A DNA stretch of 43,632 nucleotides from Rhodospirillales bacterium (GCA_016776705.1 JADHSW010000001.1:1-43632), one strand, 5' to 3'. Counted from the stretch's first letter, positions 19,936-29,929 are shown. The notes: generated by a model from the sequence alone, not told the origin. Numbers and translations are program-made.

Positions 19936-21096
19936 GTGGAATTCTCCCTTTCCGAAGAACAGACCCTGATTATCGAAACCGCCAAGCGCTTCGTAGAAGA
20001 AGAACTGTACCCCTATGAAGCCGAGGTGGAGGAAACCAATTCGGTGCGCCCGGAACTTGTCGAACAGATCACGGCAAAATCTATCGAGCTGGGGCTCTAC
20101 GCCGCCAACATGCCTGAAGAATTTGGCGGTGGCGGCCTGGGTACCTTGAGCATGTGCATGCTGGACCGGGAACTGGGGCGGGCGTCCATGGCCCTGAATT
20201 ACATCGTCGGCAGGCCATCGAATATTCTGCAAGGCTGCGTTGGTGAACAGCGTGAGCGTTACTTGCTGCCGTGCATTCGTGGAGAAAAAGTCGACTGTCT
20301 GGCGATGACGGAACCTGAAGCCGGTTCAGACGTACGCTCCATGTCCTGCAAGGCGAAACGCGACGGCAGTGATTTTGTTATTAACGGAATCAAGCATTTC
20401 ATCAGTCATGCAGACCTTGCCGATTTTGTCATCCTGTTCGCTGCAAGCGGTGTCGTGGATTCCCCGCGCGGCCCGCGCAAGAAAATCACCACCTTCCTTA
20501 TCGACAAGGGAACTCCCGGTTTCACCGTGCGTCCCGGTTACAAGAATGTATCTCACCGCGGCTACCATAATTGCATTCTGGAATTTGACGACTGCCGGGT
20601 TCCGGAGTCCCAGGTTCTGGGTGAAGTAGACGAAGGGTTCGAAGTCGCCAATGACTGGTTGGGCGCGACCCGCCTGCAAGTCGCCGCCATGTGCCTGGGG
20701 CGGTGTGACAGGGCGCTGGAATTATCGGCGAACCACGCAGCCACACGCGTCCAGTTCGGCCAAACCATCGGAAGGTTCCAGGGCGTCGGGTTCAAACTGG
20801 CCGATATGGAGATGAAGCGGAAATCCGCCGAGCTTTTGACCTATGAAGCCGCGTGGAAACATGACCAGGGTACCTTGATGGATCAGGATGCAGCCCTCGC
20901 CAAACTTGCGTCGACGGAAGCCCTCGCCTTTATCGCTGACGAGGCCATACAAATTCACGGCGGCATGGGCCTGATGAACGACCTGCCACTTGAACGCATC
21001 TGGCGTGATGCAAGGGTCGAACGCATATGGGATGGCACCAGTGAAATCCAGCGTCTGATTATTTCCCGCGCCATGTTGCGACCGCTGGAAGGGTAG
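19936..21096 (+). CDS. acyl-CoA dehydrogenase (probably gamma-butyrobetainyl-CoA dehydrogenase)
   Basis: AMTEPEAGSD, R.QFG, QIHGGMG, RIWDGTSEIQR; substrate inferred from gene context. Confidence 0.88.
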   Translation: MEFSLSEEQTLIIETAKRFVEEELYPYEAEVEETNSVRPELVEQITAKSIELGLYAANMPEEFGGGGLGTLSMCMLDRELGRASMALNYIVGRPSNILQGCVGEQRERYLLPCIRGEKVDCLAMTEPEAGSDVRSMSCKAKRDGSDFVINGIKHFISHADLADFVILFAASGVVDSPRGPRKKITTFLIDKGTPGFTVRPGYKNVSHRGYHNCILEFDDCRVPESQVLGEVDEGFEVANDWLGATRLQVAAMCLGRCDRALELSANHAATRVQFGQTIGRFQGVGFKLADMEMKRKSAELLTYEAAWKHDQGTLMDQDAALAKLASTEALAFIADEAIQIHGGMGLMNDLPLERIWRDARVERIWDGTSEIQRLIISRAMLRPLEG

Positions 21097-21104
21097 CCAC
21101 TACC

Positions 21105-23168
21105 ATGGACGATCCGAAAGCCCTGCTTGGATTGTTGCGGCCAAAATCAATCGCCGTCATCGGTGGCAAGGAAGCCGCAGAAGTTATCCGTCAATGTGAC
21201 AAACTGGGATTCGAAGGCGATATATGGCCTGTAAACCTCAGACAGGAAACCATGGAAGGTCGTCCCTGTTTCAAAAAACTTGAAGACCTTCCGGCACCAC
21301 CGGATGCCGCCTTCATTGCAATTCCTGCAAACCCCACAATCGAAGCCGTTGGCATTCTTTCATCCATGGGAGCGGGCGGAGCGGTCTGTTATGCATCGGG
21401 CTTTAAGGAGGTCGGCGGTGTCGGTTATGATCTGCAAGAAGATCTGATTAAATCTGCGGCGGACATGCCCATCATTGGTCCCAATTGTTACGGTGTGCTG
21501 AACTATCTTGACGGCGCGGCCTTGTGGCCGGATCAACATGGCGGCGTACGTGTAAAAGGTGGCGTTGCCATCATCACACAAAGTGGCAATATTGGCCTGA
21601 ACCTGACCATGCAGACCCGCGGCCTTGAGTTGGCGTATCTGATTTCACTGGGCAATCAGGCGATGGTTTCCATCGAGCACTGTGTTGAAGCCTTGTTGAA
21701 GGATTCACGGGTAACGGCAATAGGTTTGCATATCGAAGGACTGGCCGATATTTCAGCCTTTGAAAGCGCCGCCCTTAAAGCGACCCGAAAAGGCGTCCCG
21801 ATGGTTGCACTTAAATCAGGGCGTTCCGAACAAGGGGCGCGTATCGCCCTTAGTCACACCGCTTCGCTGGTTGGGGAAGATGGCCTTTATGATGCTTTTT
21901 TTGAACGCCTGGGCATCGCGCGGTCTCACGCCATTCCGGAATTTATCGAGACACTTAAATTTCTCAGCCTTGCCGGTCCCTTGAAAGGAAACAAGATCGT
22001 CTCCATGAGTTGTTCGGGCGGCGAGGCATCGCTTGTCGCCGATCTGGCAAAAGACCTGCCACTGGCTTTTCCAGAAATCGAGGGCGCGCACAAAACCGAT
22101 ATCCGGGCGACACTCAATGAGTATGTGTCCATATCAAATCCACTGGATTACCACACATTCATATGGGCTGATGAGCAACGTATGACGGATTGTTTCACTG
22201 CAGTGATGCAAGGCGGATACAACACCACATTGTTGGTTCTCGATTTTCCCCGTCAGGATCGTTGTGACGCAAAGGGTTGGGAAACTGCCTGCAAGGCGCT
22301 GATCAATGCCGCCAGGGCGACAGGGCATCTGGCAGCCGTGGTCACCACCTTGCCCGAATGCATGGACGAGAACACGGCGCTTTTGCTGAGCGAAAATGGC
22401 GTTGTCCCCCTGTATGGAATAACCGATGCGTTGATCGCCATCACCGCCGCAGTCAAGCTTGGCCACTTTTTTGAAAAGTCCGAACCGCGGCCGCTCATCC
22501 CCCCCACAAATCAAAAAAACGCTATTCGCACCCTTGATGAATGGCGTTCCAAACGGCTGTTGTCCACATGGGGAATACCTTCGCCAAGTGGCTCGCTTGT
22601 ACAATCAGAAACAGAAGCGGTCGCCGCGGCCGAGGCGCTGGGTTATCCTGTCGCAGTCAAGGCCGTTAGCGCCAACATCGCCCACAAGACTGAAAAAGGC
22701 GGGGTGGCGCTGAACGTAAGCGATGGGGATGGAGTCTATGAAGTGGCGGAAATCATGCTGGGTCTGTCCGACACACTGTTGATTGAAACCATGGTCGACG
22801 ACGCTGTCGCCGAGTTGATCGTCGGCATTGATCAAGACGCCCAGTTTGGCGCTTACCTTGTCGTCGGGTTTGGCGGCGTACTGGTCGAACTGATCGGCGA
22901 CAGTTGTTCCTTTTTGTTGCCAACGGATAGAAACAGCGTCATCACAGGATTAAGGTCGTTGAAAGTATCGGCCCTGTTCGATGGCTATCGCGGCAGACCG
23001 GAAGGTGATTTCGATGCCAGCGTTGACGCTATTTTGGCCGTGGCAAGATTTGTCGAAGACAATCCGGACAAGATAGAAGAGATTGATATCAACCCGTTGA
23101 TGATCCGCCCCCATGGCAAGGGGGTTGTTGCGGCGGACGCTTTTATCAGAATGCGCGAAGGAAACTGA
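21105..23168 (+). CDS. ADP-forming acyl-CoA synthetase (acetate--CoA ligase family; probable gamma-butyrobetaine/crotonobetaine CoA ligase)
   Basis: GPNCYG, QSG, SHTASL phospho-His, NPLDY, ATP-grasp HKTEKGGV and DINP. Confidence 0.88.
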   Translation: MDDPKALLGLLRPKSIAVIGGKEAAEVIRQCDKLGFEGDIWPVNLRQETMEGRPCFKKLEDLPAPPDAAFIAIPANPTIEAVGILSSMGAGGAVCYASGFKEVGGVGYDLQEDLIKSAADMPIIGPNCYGVLNYLDGAALWPDQHGGVRVKGGVAIITQSGNIGLNLTMQTRGLELAYLISLGNQAMVSIEHCVEALLKDSRVTAIGLHIEGLADISAFESAALKATRKGVPMVALKSGRSEQGARIALSHTASLVGEDGLYDAFFERLGIARSHAIPEFIETLKFLSLAGPLKGNKIVSMSCSGGEASLVADLAKDLPLAFPEIEGAHKTDIRATLNEYVSISNPLDYHTFIWADEQRMTDCFTAVMQGGYNTTLLVLDFPRQDRCDAKGWETACKALINAARATGHLAAVVTTLPECMDENTALLLSENGVVPLYGITDALIAITAAVKLGHFFEKSEPRPLIPPTNQKNAIRTLDEWRSKRLLSTWGIPSPSGSLVQSETEAVAAAEALGYPVAVKAVSANIAHKTEKGGVALNVSDGDGVYEVAEIMLGLSDTLLIETMVDDAVAELIVGIDQDAQFGAYLVVGFGGVLVELIGDSCSFLLPTDRNSVITGLRSLKVSALFDGYRGRPEGDFDASVDAILAVARFVEDNPDKIEEIDINPLMIRPHGKGVVAADAFIRMREGN

Positions 23169-23172
23169 CACC

Positions 23173-23958
23173 ATGACACAATCCCCCATCAAGGTTCAAC
23201 GCAACGGTGCGGTTTTTGAGCTGGCCCTGGACCGCCCCAAGGCCAACGCCATAGACGCCGCAACCAGCCGGGTGATGGGAGACGCCTTTGCCGAATTTCG
23301 TGACGATCCTGACCTGCGTGTCGCCATTGTTACCGGTGGTGGTGAAAAATTCTTTTGCGCAGGGTGGGACTTGAAGGCCGCCGCCCATGGGGAAAGCCCG
23401 GAAATTGATTACGGCGTCGGTGGCTTTGGCGGATTGCAGGAATTGCCAGACCTGAACAAGCCGGTAATAGCCGCCGTCAATGGCATGGCCTTGGGCGGCG
23501 GTTTTGAGCTTGCCCTGTCTGCCGACATGATCATCGCCGCTGATCACGCCAGCTTCTCGCTGCCGGAAATCAAGGCCGGCACACTGGCCGACGCAGCGAC
23601 CATCAAACTGCCCCGGCGCATCCCCCATCATGTGGCTATGGACCTGTTGCTGACCGGTCGCTGGATGGATGTCCATGAAGCCAAAGGATGGGGACTGGTG
23701 AATGACATCGTGCCTGCGAATGACCTGATGACAAAGGCCCGTGAGTTGGCCGTGCTGCTCGCCAGCGGGCCGCCGCTGGTCTACGCCGCCATCAAGGATG
23801 TCATGCGTCAGACCGAAACCCTTAGCGTCCAGGAAGCCATGACTGCCCTGCATGAGCGTAGGATTGAAAGCCTGAATATCCTTTATGACAGCGAAGACGG
23901 CATCGAGGGCGCCAAGGCCTTTGCAGAAAAAAGAGACCCTGTCTGGAAAGGCCGCTGA
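23173..23958 (+). CDS. caiD: carnitinyl-CoA dehydratase / crotonobetainyl-CoA hydratase
   Basis: LDRPKANAIDA, FF.AGWDLKAAA.GE...DYG.GGF, GGGFEL and F.EKR.PVWKG match CaiD. Confidence 0.88.
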   Translation: MTQSPIKVQRNGAVFELALDRPKANAIDAATSRVMGDAFAEFRDDPDLRVAIVTGGGEKFFCAGWDLKAAAHGESPEIDYGVGGFGGLQELPDLNKPVIAAVNGMALGGGFELALSADMIIAADHASFSLPEIKAGTLADAATIKLPRRIPHHVAMDLLLTGRWMDVHEAKGWGLVNDIVPANDLMTKARELAVLLASGPPLVYAAIKDVMRQTETLSVQEAMTALHERRIESLNILYDSEDGIEGAKAFAEKRDPVWKGR

Positions 23959-23964
23959 GAATTT

Positions 23965-24933
23965 CTACGGGGCTGCGTCCCGCCCCTTGGGAACCACTTC
24001 GTAACCCGGCTCTTCCGGCTCATCATCGACCATTTCAGCAGGAAACCCGTCGGCCACTACGTGGATATCACAGGCTTCTTCCAGCCGTTTAATGATGTTG
24101 GACGACCACTCGCGCGGACCAAAACGGGATTGCCCATCCTTGAAAATTTCAATCAGCATTGGTGATATTTCCAATGGAACGCTGGCCTTGTCTGCAATCT
24201 CCTGAAACAGGCCAATGTCCTTGAGCACCAGATCCATGGTGAAGCTGATATCGCGACTGCCGTTCAGGATAACCTGACTTTCCGTCTCGTGGACGAATGA
24301 ATTGCCCGATGAAATACGGATTGCCTCGTATGTCGTGGCAAGGTCCATTCCCGCCTTTTTGCACGTCACCAGAGCTTCGCTCAGGGTGACAAGATTGGCC
24401 GTCGCAAGATAGTTCGTCATGACCTTCAGGATCGATGCCGAACCCAAGGGGCCGGTATGCAATACCCGCCTGCCAAGGGTCGTCAACACAGGTAGAATTT
24501 TCTCAAAAACTTCGCGCTCACAACCGGCGAAGATTGATATATTTCCCGTTGCGGCGCGATGACAGCCGCCTGACACTGGGCAGTCGATGGGATCGGCGCC
24601 TGCCGCACGAACCTTCTCGCCCAGTCGCTTGACTTCTTCTTCGTCGGTGGTGCTCATTTCCGCCCATATCTTGCCTGCCGAAAGACCCGCGATAACGCCG
24701 TCTTCTGCTTCCATGACGGTTGCGCTGGCGGCGGGGCTTGGCAGGCAGGTGATGACAATGTCAGAGGTTTCGGCCAACTGCTTGCCGGTATCGGCCCATT
24801 TTGCCCCCTGCGCCAAAAAGGGTTCAGCGATGGCGCGATGCAGCTCGCGCACGGTCAAATCAAAGCCATTTCGTAAAATGCTGCCAGCCAGCTTTCCCCC
24901 GACATTGCCGAGGCCAATAAATCCGATTTTCAT
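23965..24933 (-). CDS. NAD(P)-dependent oxidoreductase, 3-hydroxyisobutyrate dehydrogenase family
   Basis: IGFIGLGNVG, EMST, DCPVSGG, catalytic K (LKVMTN), F...L..KD. Confidence 0.9.
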   Translation of the reverse strand: MKIGFIGLGNVGGKLAGSILRNGFDLTVRELHRAIAEPFLAQGAKWADTGKQLAETSDIVITCLPSPAASATVMEAEDGVIAGLSAGKIWAEMSTTDEEEVKRLGEKVRAAGADPIDCPVSGGCHRAATGNISIFAGCEREVFEKILPVLTTLGRRVLHTGPLGSASILKVMTNYLATANLVTLSEALVTCKKAGMDLATTYEAIRISSGNSFVHETESQVILNGSRDISFTMDLVLKDIGLFQEIADKASVPLEISPMLIEIFKDGQSRFGPREWSSNIIKRLEEACDIHVVADGFPAEMVDDEPEEPGYEVVPKGRDAAP

Positions 24934-24942
24934 GTGTGCTCC

Positions 24943-26127
24943 TTATATGGGCCGGTCGGCCATTTCTAAATGCAGGGAATCACCATCGTAGGGATGTGCC
25001 ATGGCAACATCTTCATCCAGTTCGATACCAAGTCCGGGCGCCGTAGGCGGAATTACATAGCCGTTTTCCCACTGGATGGGCTTTTTCAAGATGTCTGCGT
25101 GGAAACCACCCCAAGTCTGAATACTTTCCAATATCAGGAAGTTCGGTGAACAGGTGCTGATTTGAATATTAGCGGCCCCTTCAATGGGGCCGCAATAAAG
25201 GTGAGGGGCGATCTGGGCGTAATGGGTTTCCGCCATGCCTGCGATTTTCTTCGCTTCCAGAATACCACCGACCCGCCCCAAGGCCATTTGCAGGATTGAT
25301 GCCGCCTGGGCTTCCAGCACGCGGGCGAATTCGTACTTTGTCGTCAGTCGTTCGCCGGTGGCGATGGGGATCGAGGTATGCCTTGCGACGCGCGACATTT
25401 CTCTGGGGTTTTCGGGTGGGGTCGGCTCTTCCAGCCAAAGTGGGTCATAGGCCTCCAGTCTCTGGGCCAGGCGGATCGCACCGGACGACGTAAATTGACC
25501 GTGGGTGCCAAAAAGCATGTCGGCTCTGGAGCCAACGGCCTCGCGGACTTTCTTTACGAATTGTTCCGACAAATCCAGGGCGTCGAGCGAGGGTTGTCGG
25601 GGATCAAAGGCCGAGTAGGCCCCGGCGGGATCAAACTTTACCGCCGTAAAGCCCTGATCGACATAGTCAGCCGCCCGCTGGGCCGCCAAATCGGCATCGT
25701 GATAGACATCCGTCCTGTCGCCTTCGTTGGGATACAGATAACTATAGGTTCGAAGTTTGTCGTGCACCTGCCCGCCAAGAAGTTCATATACGGGCTTGTC
25801 CAGTTCCTTGCCGATGATGTCCCAGCAGGCCATCTCAATGCCGCTGAGAACCCCCATTAACGACACATCTGGACGCAGCGTGTAGCCGCTGCCATAGACA
25901 TTGCGCCACAGCTTTTCGATCTTGAAGGGGTCTGCCCCGATAACGTGACGGGCGCAAACATCTTCAATCATTTTGGCAATGATATGGGGACCAAAAGTGG
26001 CGTTATAGACTTCACCGTAACCAACGATGCCGCTGTCGCTGACAAGCTTGACAAAAATCCAGTACCTGCCGCCGAAATGAGGCGGTGGGTTACCAACAAC
26101 AAACGTCTTGATATCCGTAATTTTCAC
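24943..26127 (-). CDS. mandelate racemase/muconate lactonizing enzyme (enolase superfamily), acid dehydratase-like
   Basis: WDIIGK....PVYELLGG, KFD, WLEEP, ATGER, APH, PTAPGLG motifs. Confidence 0.92.
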   Translation of the reverse strand: MKITDIKTFVVGNPPPHFGGRYWIFVKLVSDSGIVGYGEVYNATFGPHIIAKMIEDVCARHVIGADPFKIEKLWRNVYGSGYTLRPDVSLMGVLSGIEMACWDIIGKELDKPVYELLGGQVHDKLRTYSYLYPNEGDRTDVYHDADLAAQRAADYVDQGFTAVKFDPAGAYSAFDPRQPSLDALDLSEQFVKKVREAVGSRADMLFGTHGQFTSSGAIRLAQRLEAYDPLWLEEPTPPENPREMSRVARHTSIPIATGERLTTKYEFARVLEAQAASILQMALGRVGGILEAKKIAGMAETHYAQIAPHLYCGPIEGAANIQISTCSPNFLILESIQTWGGFHADILKKPIQWENGYVIPPTAPGLGIELDEDVAMAHPYDGDSLHLEMADRPI

Positions 26128-27692
26128 GATCTGCTCATCGCTTCCTGCGGTAACTTGATGTTCAGCATTGATCTTATGACGTCATCGGTCGACCTGTCGA
26201 TGTGGTCGGGAAAGACGGTGTTCAGAATTCGCATCTTTTCGACGGTGGCATTTTCAACCAAATCCGGTTTGCCCCATTCGTCCCACTGCTTGGGCGAAGA
26301 TCTGTCTGCGAACGCCGGATAGGCATATTCGGTTTGCATAAGATTAAGAGTCTGTTCGTGGCCCAGGTAATGCCCTGGTCCTTCAAGGCAGACCTGACGC
26401 ACGGCCTCGACAGAAAGGGTCGTCTCATTCACTTCAATTCCTCTGACACAGCGCAGGCTTTGGCCCAGCATGTCATTGTCGATAATCAGGCTTTCCAGAC
26501 AAAACCCCAGCAAGGAGGCGTGCATGCCAGCGCATTCATAAATCAGGTTCAAACCCGCCAAACCTGCCATGACCGTTGAAATGCCCTTTTCGTATCCGGA
26601 CTGGATGTCGGGGAGTTTTGAGTCCGCCATGCCAGCCGCCGACGCACCAGGCAGGTCATAATAATGAGCCATCTGGGCGCAGGCCGCGCTCAAAAGGGCT
26701 TGCTCCCCGGACCCGCCAGACATGGACCCCGTGCGCAAATCCGAAACGAACGGCCAGGTTCCGAAAATGGCCGGATGTCCGGATTTGATTGAATTGACGT
26801 AAACAATGCCCGCCAGACATTCTGCCGTCGCCTGTGTGACCGCCCCGGCCAACGCCGGCGGTGCGGTGGCACCGGCTTGACCTGCTGAAAGCAACAAGAT
26901 CGGCAAGCCCCCGTGAATGCAGGCTTCCATGACTTCGCAGGCTTCGGTTGCAAATTTGAAGGGCGGCACGACGAAACAAACCGAGTTTGAGACAAAGGGG
27001 CGTGTCCGCCACTTCTCCTCTCCACCGGAAATCGCATGTAACAGTTTCAGGGCATCGGCCACGTTATTCGGGTTGATAAAGCTGGTGCCGATGTGTTTTG
27101 TCGTTCCGGAAACACAGGCATAGACCGTATTGATATCCAGATCGCGGCCATCTTCCATGTCTCTGGCGACAACCGGGCGCTGGAAATAATGAATGTTGTC
27201 CAATTGATCAACAATACGGGCTGCATCGTAAAGGTCTTGAAGCTGGGATTCGCGATAGTCCCTGTTCTTCACATCGACAATATGAACGGCCGCACCGCCG
27301 GTGCCGTAATAGACTCGCTTGCCGCCCGGTTGCAGGTCGTGCCTGGGGTGTTGTCCGAAAAGGGTGATGTTCCGCGCCGCCTTGCTCAACATGTCGAGCA
27401 CAAGAGCACGGGGAAACCGTAGTCGCCCGTCGTCACCCAAAATGGCACCGGCAGCCGCCATTGCGGCAATGCCGGAAGGTGGCGCTTCAGACAAACCAAT
27501 TTCTTCCAGCATCCTAAGCGCAGCGTCGTGAATGAGGGATATGTCGTTATCACTTAAGGGCCTGTAAGTGCCTCCATCCATCCCTCCCCTGATGGGGCGG
27601 ATGCTTTCGTCCAAGGGAGCAGCGCGGGTTGCTAGCTTGGCTTGACGTCCGCCACTTCGACGTGATTTACGCTGTTGGGCTATTTCACTCAT
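26124..27692 (-). CDS. trimethylamine methyltransferase (MttB) superfamily, non-pyrrolysine
   Basis: IH.AAL..LEEIG, GATAP..LAG, SDLRTG...GG..E, DSKLPD.Q.GYEK, GPGHYLG motifs; no in-frame TAG. Confidence 0.93.
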   Translation of the reverse strand: MSEIAQQRKSRRSGGRQAKLATRAAPLDESIRPIRGGMDGGTYRPLSDNDISLIHDAALRMLEEIGLSEAPPSGIAAMAAAGAILGDDGRLRFPRALVLDMLSKAARNITLFGQHPRHDLQPGGKRVYYGTGGAAVHIVDVKNRDYRESQLQDLYDAARIVDQLDNIHYFQRPVVARDMEDGRDLDINTVYACVSGTTKHIGTSFINPNNVADALKLLHAISGGEEKWRTRPFVSNSVCFVVPPFKFATEACEVMEACIHGGLPILLLSAGQAGATAPPALAGAVTQATAECLAGIVYVNSIKSGHPAIFGTWPFVSDLRTGSMSGGSGEQALLSAACAQMAHYYDLPGASAAGMADSKLPDIQSGYEKGISTVMAGLAGLNLIYECAGMHASLLGFCLESLIIDNDMLGQSLRCVRGIEVNETTLSVEAVRQVCLEGPGHYLGHEQTLNLMQTEYAYPAFADRSSPKQWDEWGKPDLVENATVEKMRILNTVFPDHIDRSTDDVIRSMLNIKLPQEAMSRS

Positions 27693-27745
27693 TCCATTCA
27701 GTCCCTATGACATTATCAATTGTTATTCAGAAGAAAAGTTGTTCG

Positions 27746-28666
27746 TTATCCGGGTAAGGTGCTTTCAATGTTATCTGGATTAAACAAGTCCATTATCCAA
27801 CTGCGAAATAGTTTTGCATCCGGGTGAATGACCTTATCTATCGGGCTCAGGATAAAAAATCCTTCATTGATGGGGACGCGAATGTCAAAAGGCTCAATCA
27901 GGCGTCCCTCACTCAAGGCTTGAGCGGCCAACGATGAGCGTCCAAGCGCGATACCACAACCGGTCGCCGCCATTTCAAATGCCAAAATTGAGGTGTCGAA
28001 CTGAATCCCCTGTCCTACGCCGGCTTGATCTGCCCCAGCTGTCTTTAGCCAGGATGCCCAGCCATCTTCGTAGCCGTTTACGTGTAATAGGGTGTGATGG
28101 CGAATGTCCGCCAAAGAATTCAGCGGCGGATTCCCTGAGACCAGATCAGGATGGCACAGCGGAATCAGTTCCTCCGATGTCAGCCGTTCGGCCACAAATT
28201 GTGGCCAATCTCCTGATCCGTAACGGATTTCCAGATCTGCATCCTGGACGTCTGTTTCGTCATTCCAGACGACACTGATAATGCGAAAATCAATATTCGG
28301 GTTAGCTTCGCGAAAATGTTTCAACCTGGGTCCCAGGCAATATGCGGAAAATCCCACCGAAACCCTGATCGTCAATAGTTCACTGCGACGATGCCCGAAT
28401 ACTTCTTCTGTGCCCGCCGCCAGGCGATCAAAGGCGTCGCGAACCTTGGGAATGTAGGTCGCTCCTGCCTTGGTCAGAATGAGAGAACGCGGGCGGCGCT
28501 CAAACAGGGATTCCCGCAGGTGTTGCTCCAGATTTTTTACTTGTTTGCTTACCGCCGTCTGAGAAAGACCCAGCTCATTGGCGGCATGGGTGAAGCTGAG
28601 ATGACGCGCAGATGCCTCGAATGCGCGCAACCAGGGCAGCGGTGGAATATGATGTCTGGTACTCAT
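27746..28666 (-). CDS. LysR family regulator (GcvA-like)
   Basis: PPL.WLRAFEA.ARHLSFT.AA.EL..SQ.AVS.QVK.LE HTH motif. Confidence 0.95.
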   Translation of the reverse strand: MSTRHHIPPLPWLRAFEASARHLSFTHAANELGLSQTAVSKQVKNLEQHLRESLFERRPRSLILTKAGATYIPKVRDAFDRLAAGTEEVFGHRRSELLTIRVSVGFSAYCLGPRLKHFREANPNIDFRIISVVWNDETDVQDADLEIRYGSGDWPQFVAERLTSEELIPLCHPDLVSGNPPLNSLADIRHHTLLHVNGYEDGWASWLKTAGADQAGVGQGIQFDTSILAFEMAATGCGIALGRSSLAAQALSEGRLIEPFDIRVPINEGFFILSPIDKVIHPDAKLFRSWIMDLFNPDNIESTLPG

Positions 28667-28692
28667 CCCAAAGGACCCATGCCCAATAGTGC

Positions 28693-28743
28693 CCCAACAA
28701 AAGTTGGGTCATAGTGTCCACTTTAATTGTTTGTGGCAAACAA
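28693..28743. promoter_or_regulatory. two inverted repeats in the divergent LysR/gcvT-like intergenic region (candidate operators)
   Basis: CCCAAC-AAAA-GTTGGG (28693-28708) and TTGTTTG-TGG-CAAACAA (28727-28743). Confidence 0.35.
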
Positions 28744-28795
28744 ATTTTTGAGCCTATTTGTATTGGGTAGACCATTAAGGGAACAACGCAGCACC

Positions 28796-29929
28796 ATGTC
28801 TTTTTCAATTTCTACAAGCCCCCGAATTCAGCGGTCTCCTTTTTTCGAGGCAACCCGCCGTTACGGGGCGCTGGGGTATTCTGTATACAACAAGATGTAT
28901 TTACCCATTGGCTACGACGATCCCGAAAAGGAATTCTGGTCACTGGTGAACGATGTCACACTCTGGGATGTCGCCGTTCAGCGTATTGTTGAAATTTCAG
29001 GTCCCGACGCCTTGGCCTTTACTAATATGCTTACGCCGCGTGATCTGACGAAGTGCAGAACAGGTAATTGTAAATATGTGCTTATAACGGATCAGCACGG
29101 CGGCATATTGAATGACCCGATCTTGCTGCGTCTGGCGGAAGACCGCTTTTGGCTGTCCCGTGCAGACAGTGACATTCTGATGTGGGCAAAAGGTGTTGCG
29201 GTCAATTCCGGACTCGACATCAACATTTGCGAACCAGCGGTGGCAACCTTGCAAATTCAAGGACCAAAGTCGGTTCATGTGGTGGAAAAACTGTTTGGTC
29301 CCTCGGTGCTGGATATAAAATACTATGATTTTCAGGAATTTTCCCTGAACGGCGCGCCGGTGATCCTAGCGCGAACAGGATGGAGTGCGGAACGGGGATA
29401 CGAAGTTTATCTTCGCGACACCTCAAAGGCGATTGAGGTCTGGGACAGTATTATGGCGGCCGGTGAGGAATATAAGATTGTTCCTGCATCGCCGAATAGA
29501 ATCCGCCGTATCGAAGGGGGGATTCTTGATTTCAGCGTCGATATGAATGAAGAGACAAACCCCTTTGAAATTGGCATGGACCGGCTTGTTCAACTTGATC
29601 TGGAAGACGATTTCATCGGCAAGTTTGCCCTGAAAGCGATCCGCGAGGCAGGCATCAAGCGCAAGCTTGTTGGTGTTGAGTTGGACGGCAGCCCGGTTTC
29701 TTTTAACGAAACCTCATGGGCGGCCAAAGAGGGCGACAAGGTGATTGGCAAGCTGACATCATGTGTTTATTCGCCCCGCCTGAAAAAAAATGTCGGCTTT
29801 GTCATGACGGAAATTGCCTACACCCAGTTAGGCACATCGTTCAGCATTGAATCCGTGGATGGGCCACGTGTTGCAACCGTCGTTCCCATGCCATTCTTTG
29901 ACCCCGAAAAGAGTCTTTCAAAGGAATAA
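28796..29929 (+). CDS. GcvT-family THF-dependent aminomethyltransferase/demethylase, DmdA-like
   Basis: R.PFF, YN.M.LP, WDVA.QR.VEI.GPDA, TPRDL, GG.LNDP, RTGWS.E.GYE, RRIEGG; ATG 28796 preferred as start. Confidence 0.88.
   Translation: MSFSISTSPRIQRSPFFEATRRYGALGYSVYNKMYLPIGYDDPEKEFWSLVNDVTLWDVAVQRIVEISGPDALAFTNMLTPRDLTKCRTGNCKYVLITDQHGGILNDPILLRLAEDRFWLSRADSDILMWAKGVAVNSGLDINICEPAVATLQIQGPKSVHVVEKLFGPSVLDIKYYDFQEFSLNGAPVILARTGWSAERGYEVYLRDTSKAIEVWDSIMAAGEEYKIVPASPNRIRRIEGGILDFSVDMNEETNPFEIGMDRLVQLDLEDDFIGKFALKAIREAGIKRKLVGVELDGSPVSFNETSWAAKEGDKVIGKLTSCVYSPRLKKNVGFVMTEIAYTQLGTSFSIESVDGPRVATVVPMPFFDPEKSLSKE

Noticed and set aside
26124-27692. Pyrrolysine recoding in MttB
   Set aside because: No in-frame TAG and no pyl genes in the window.
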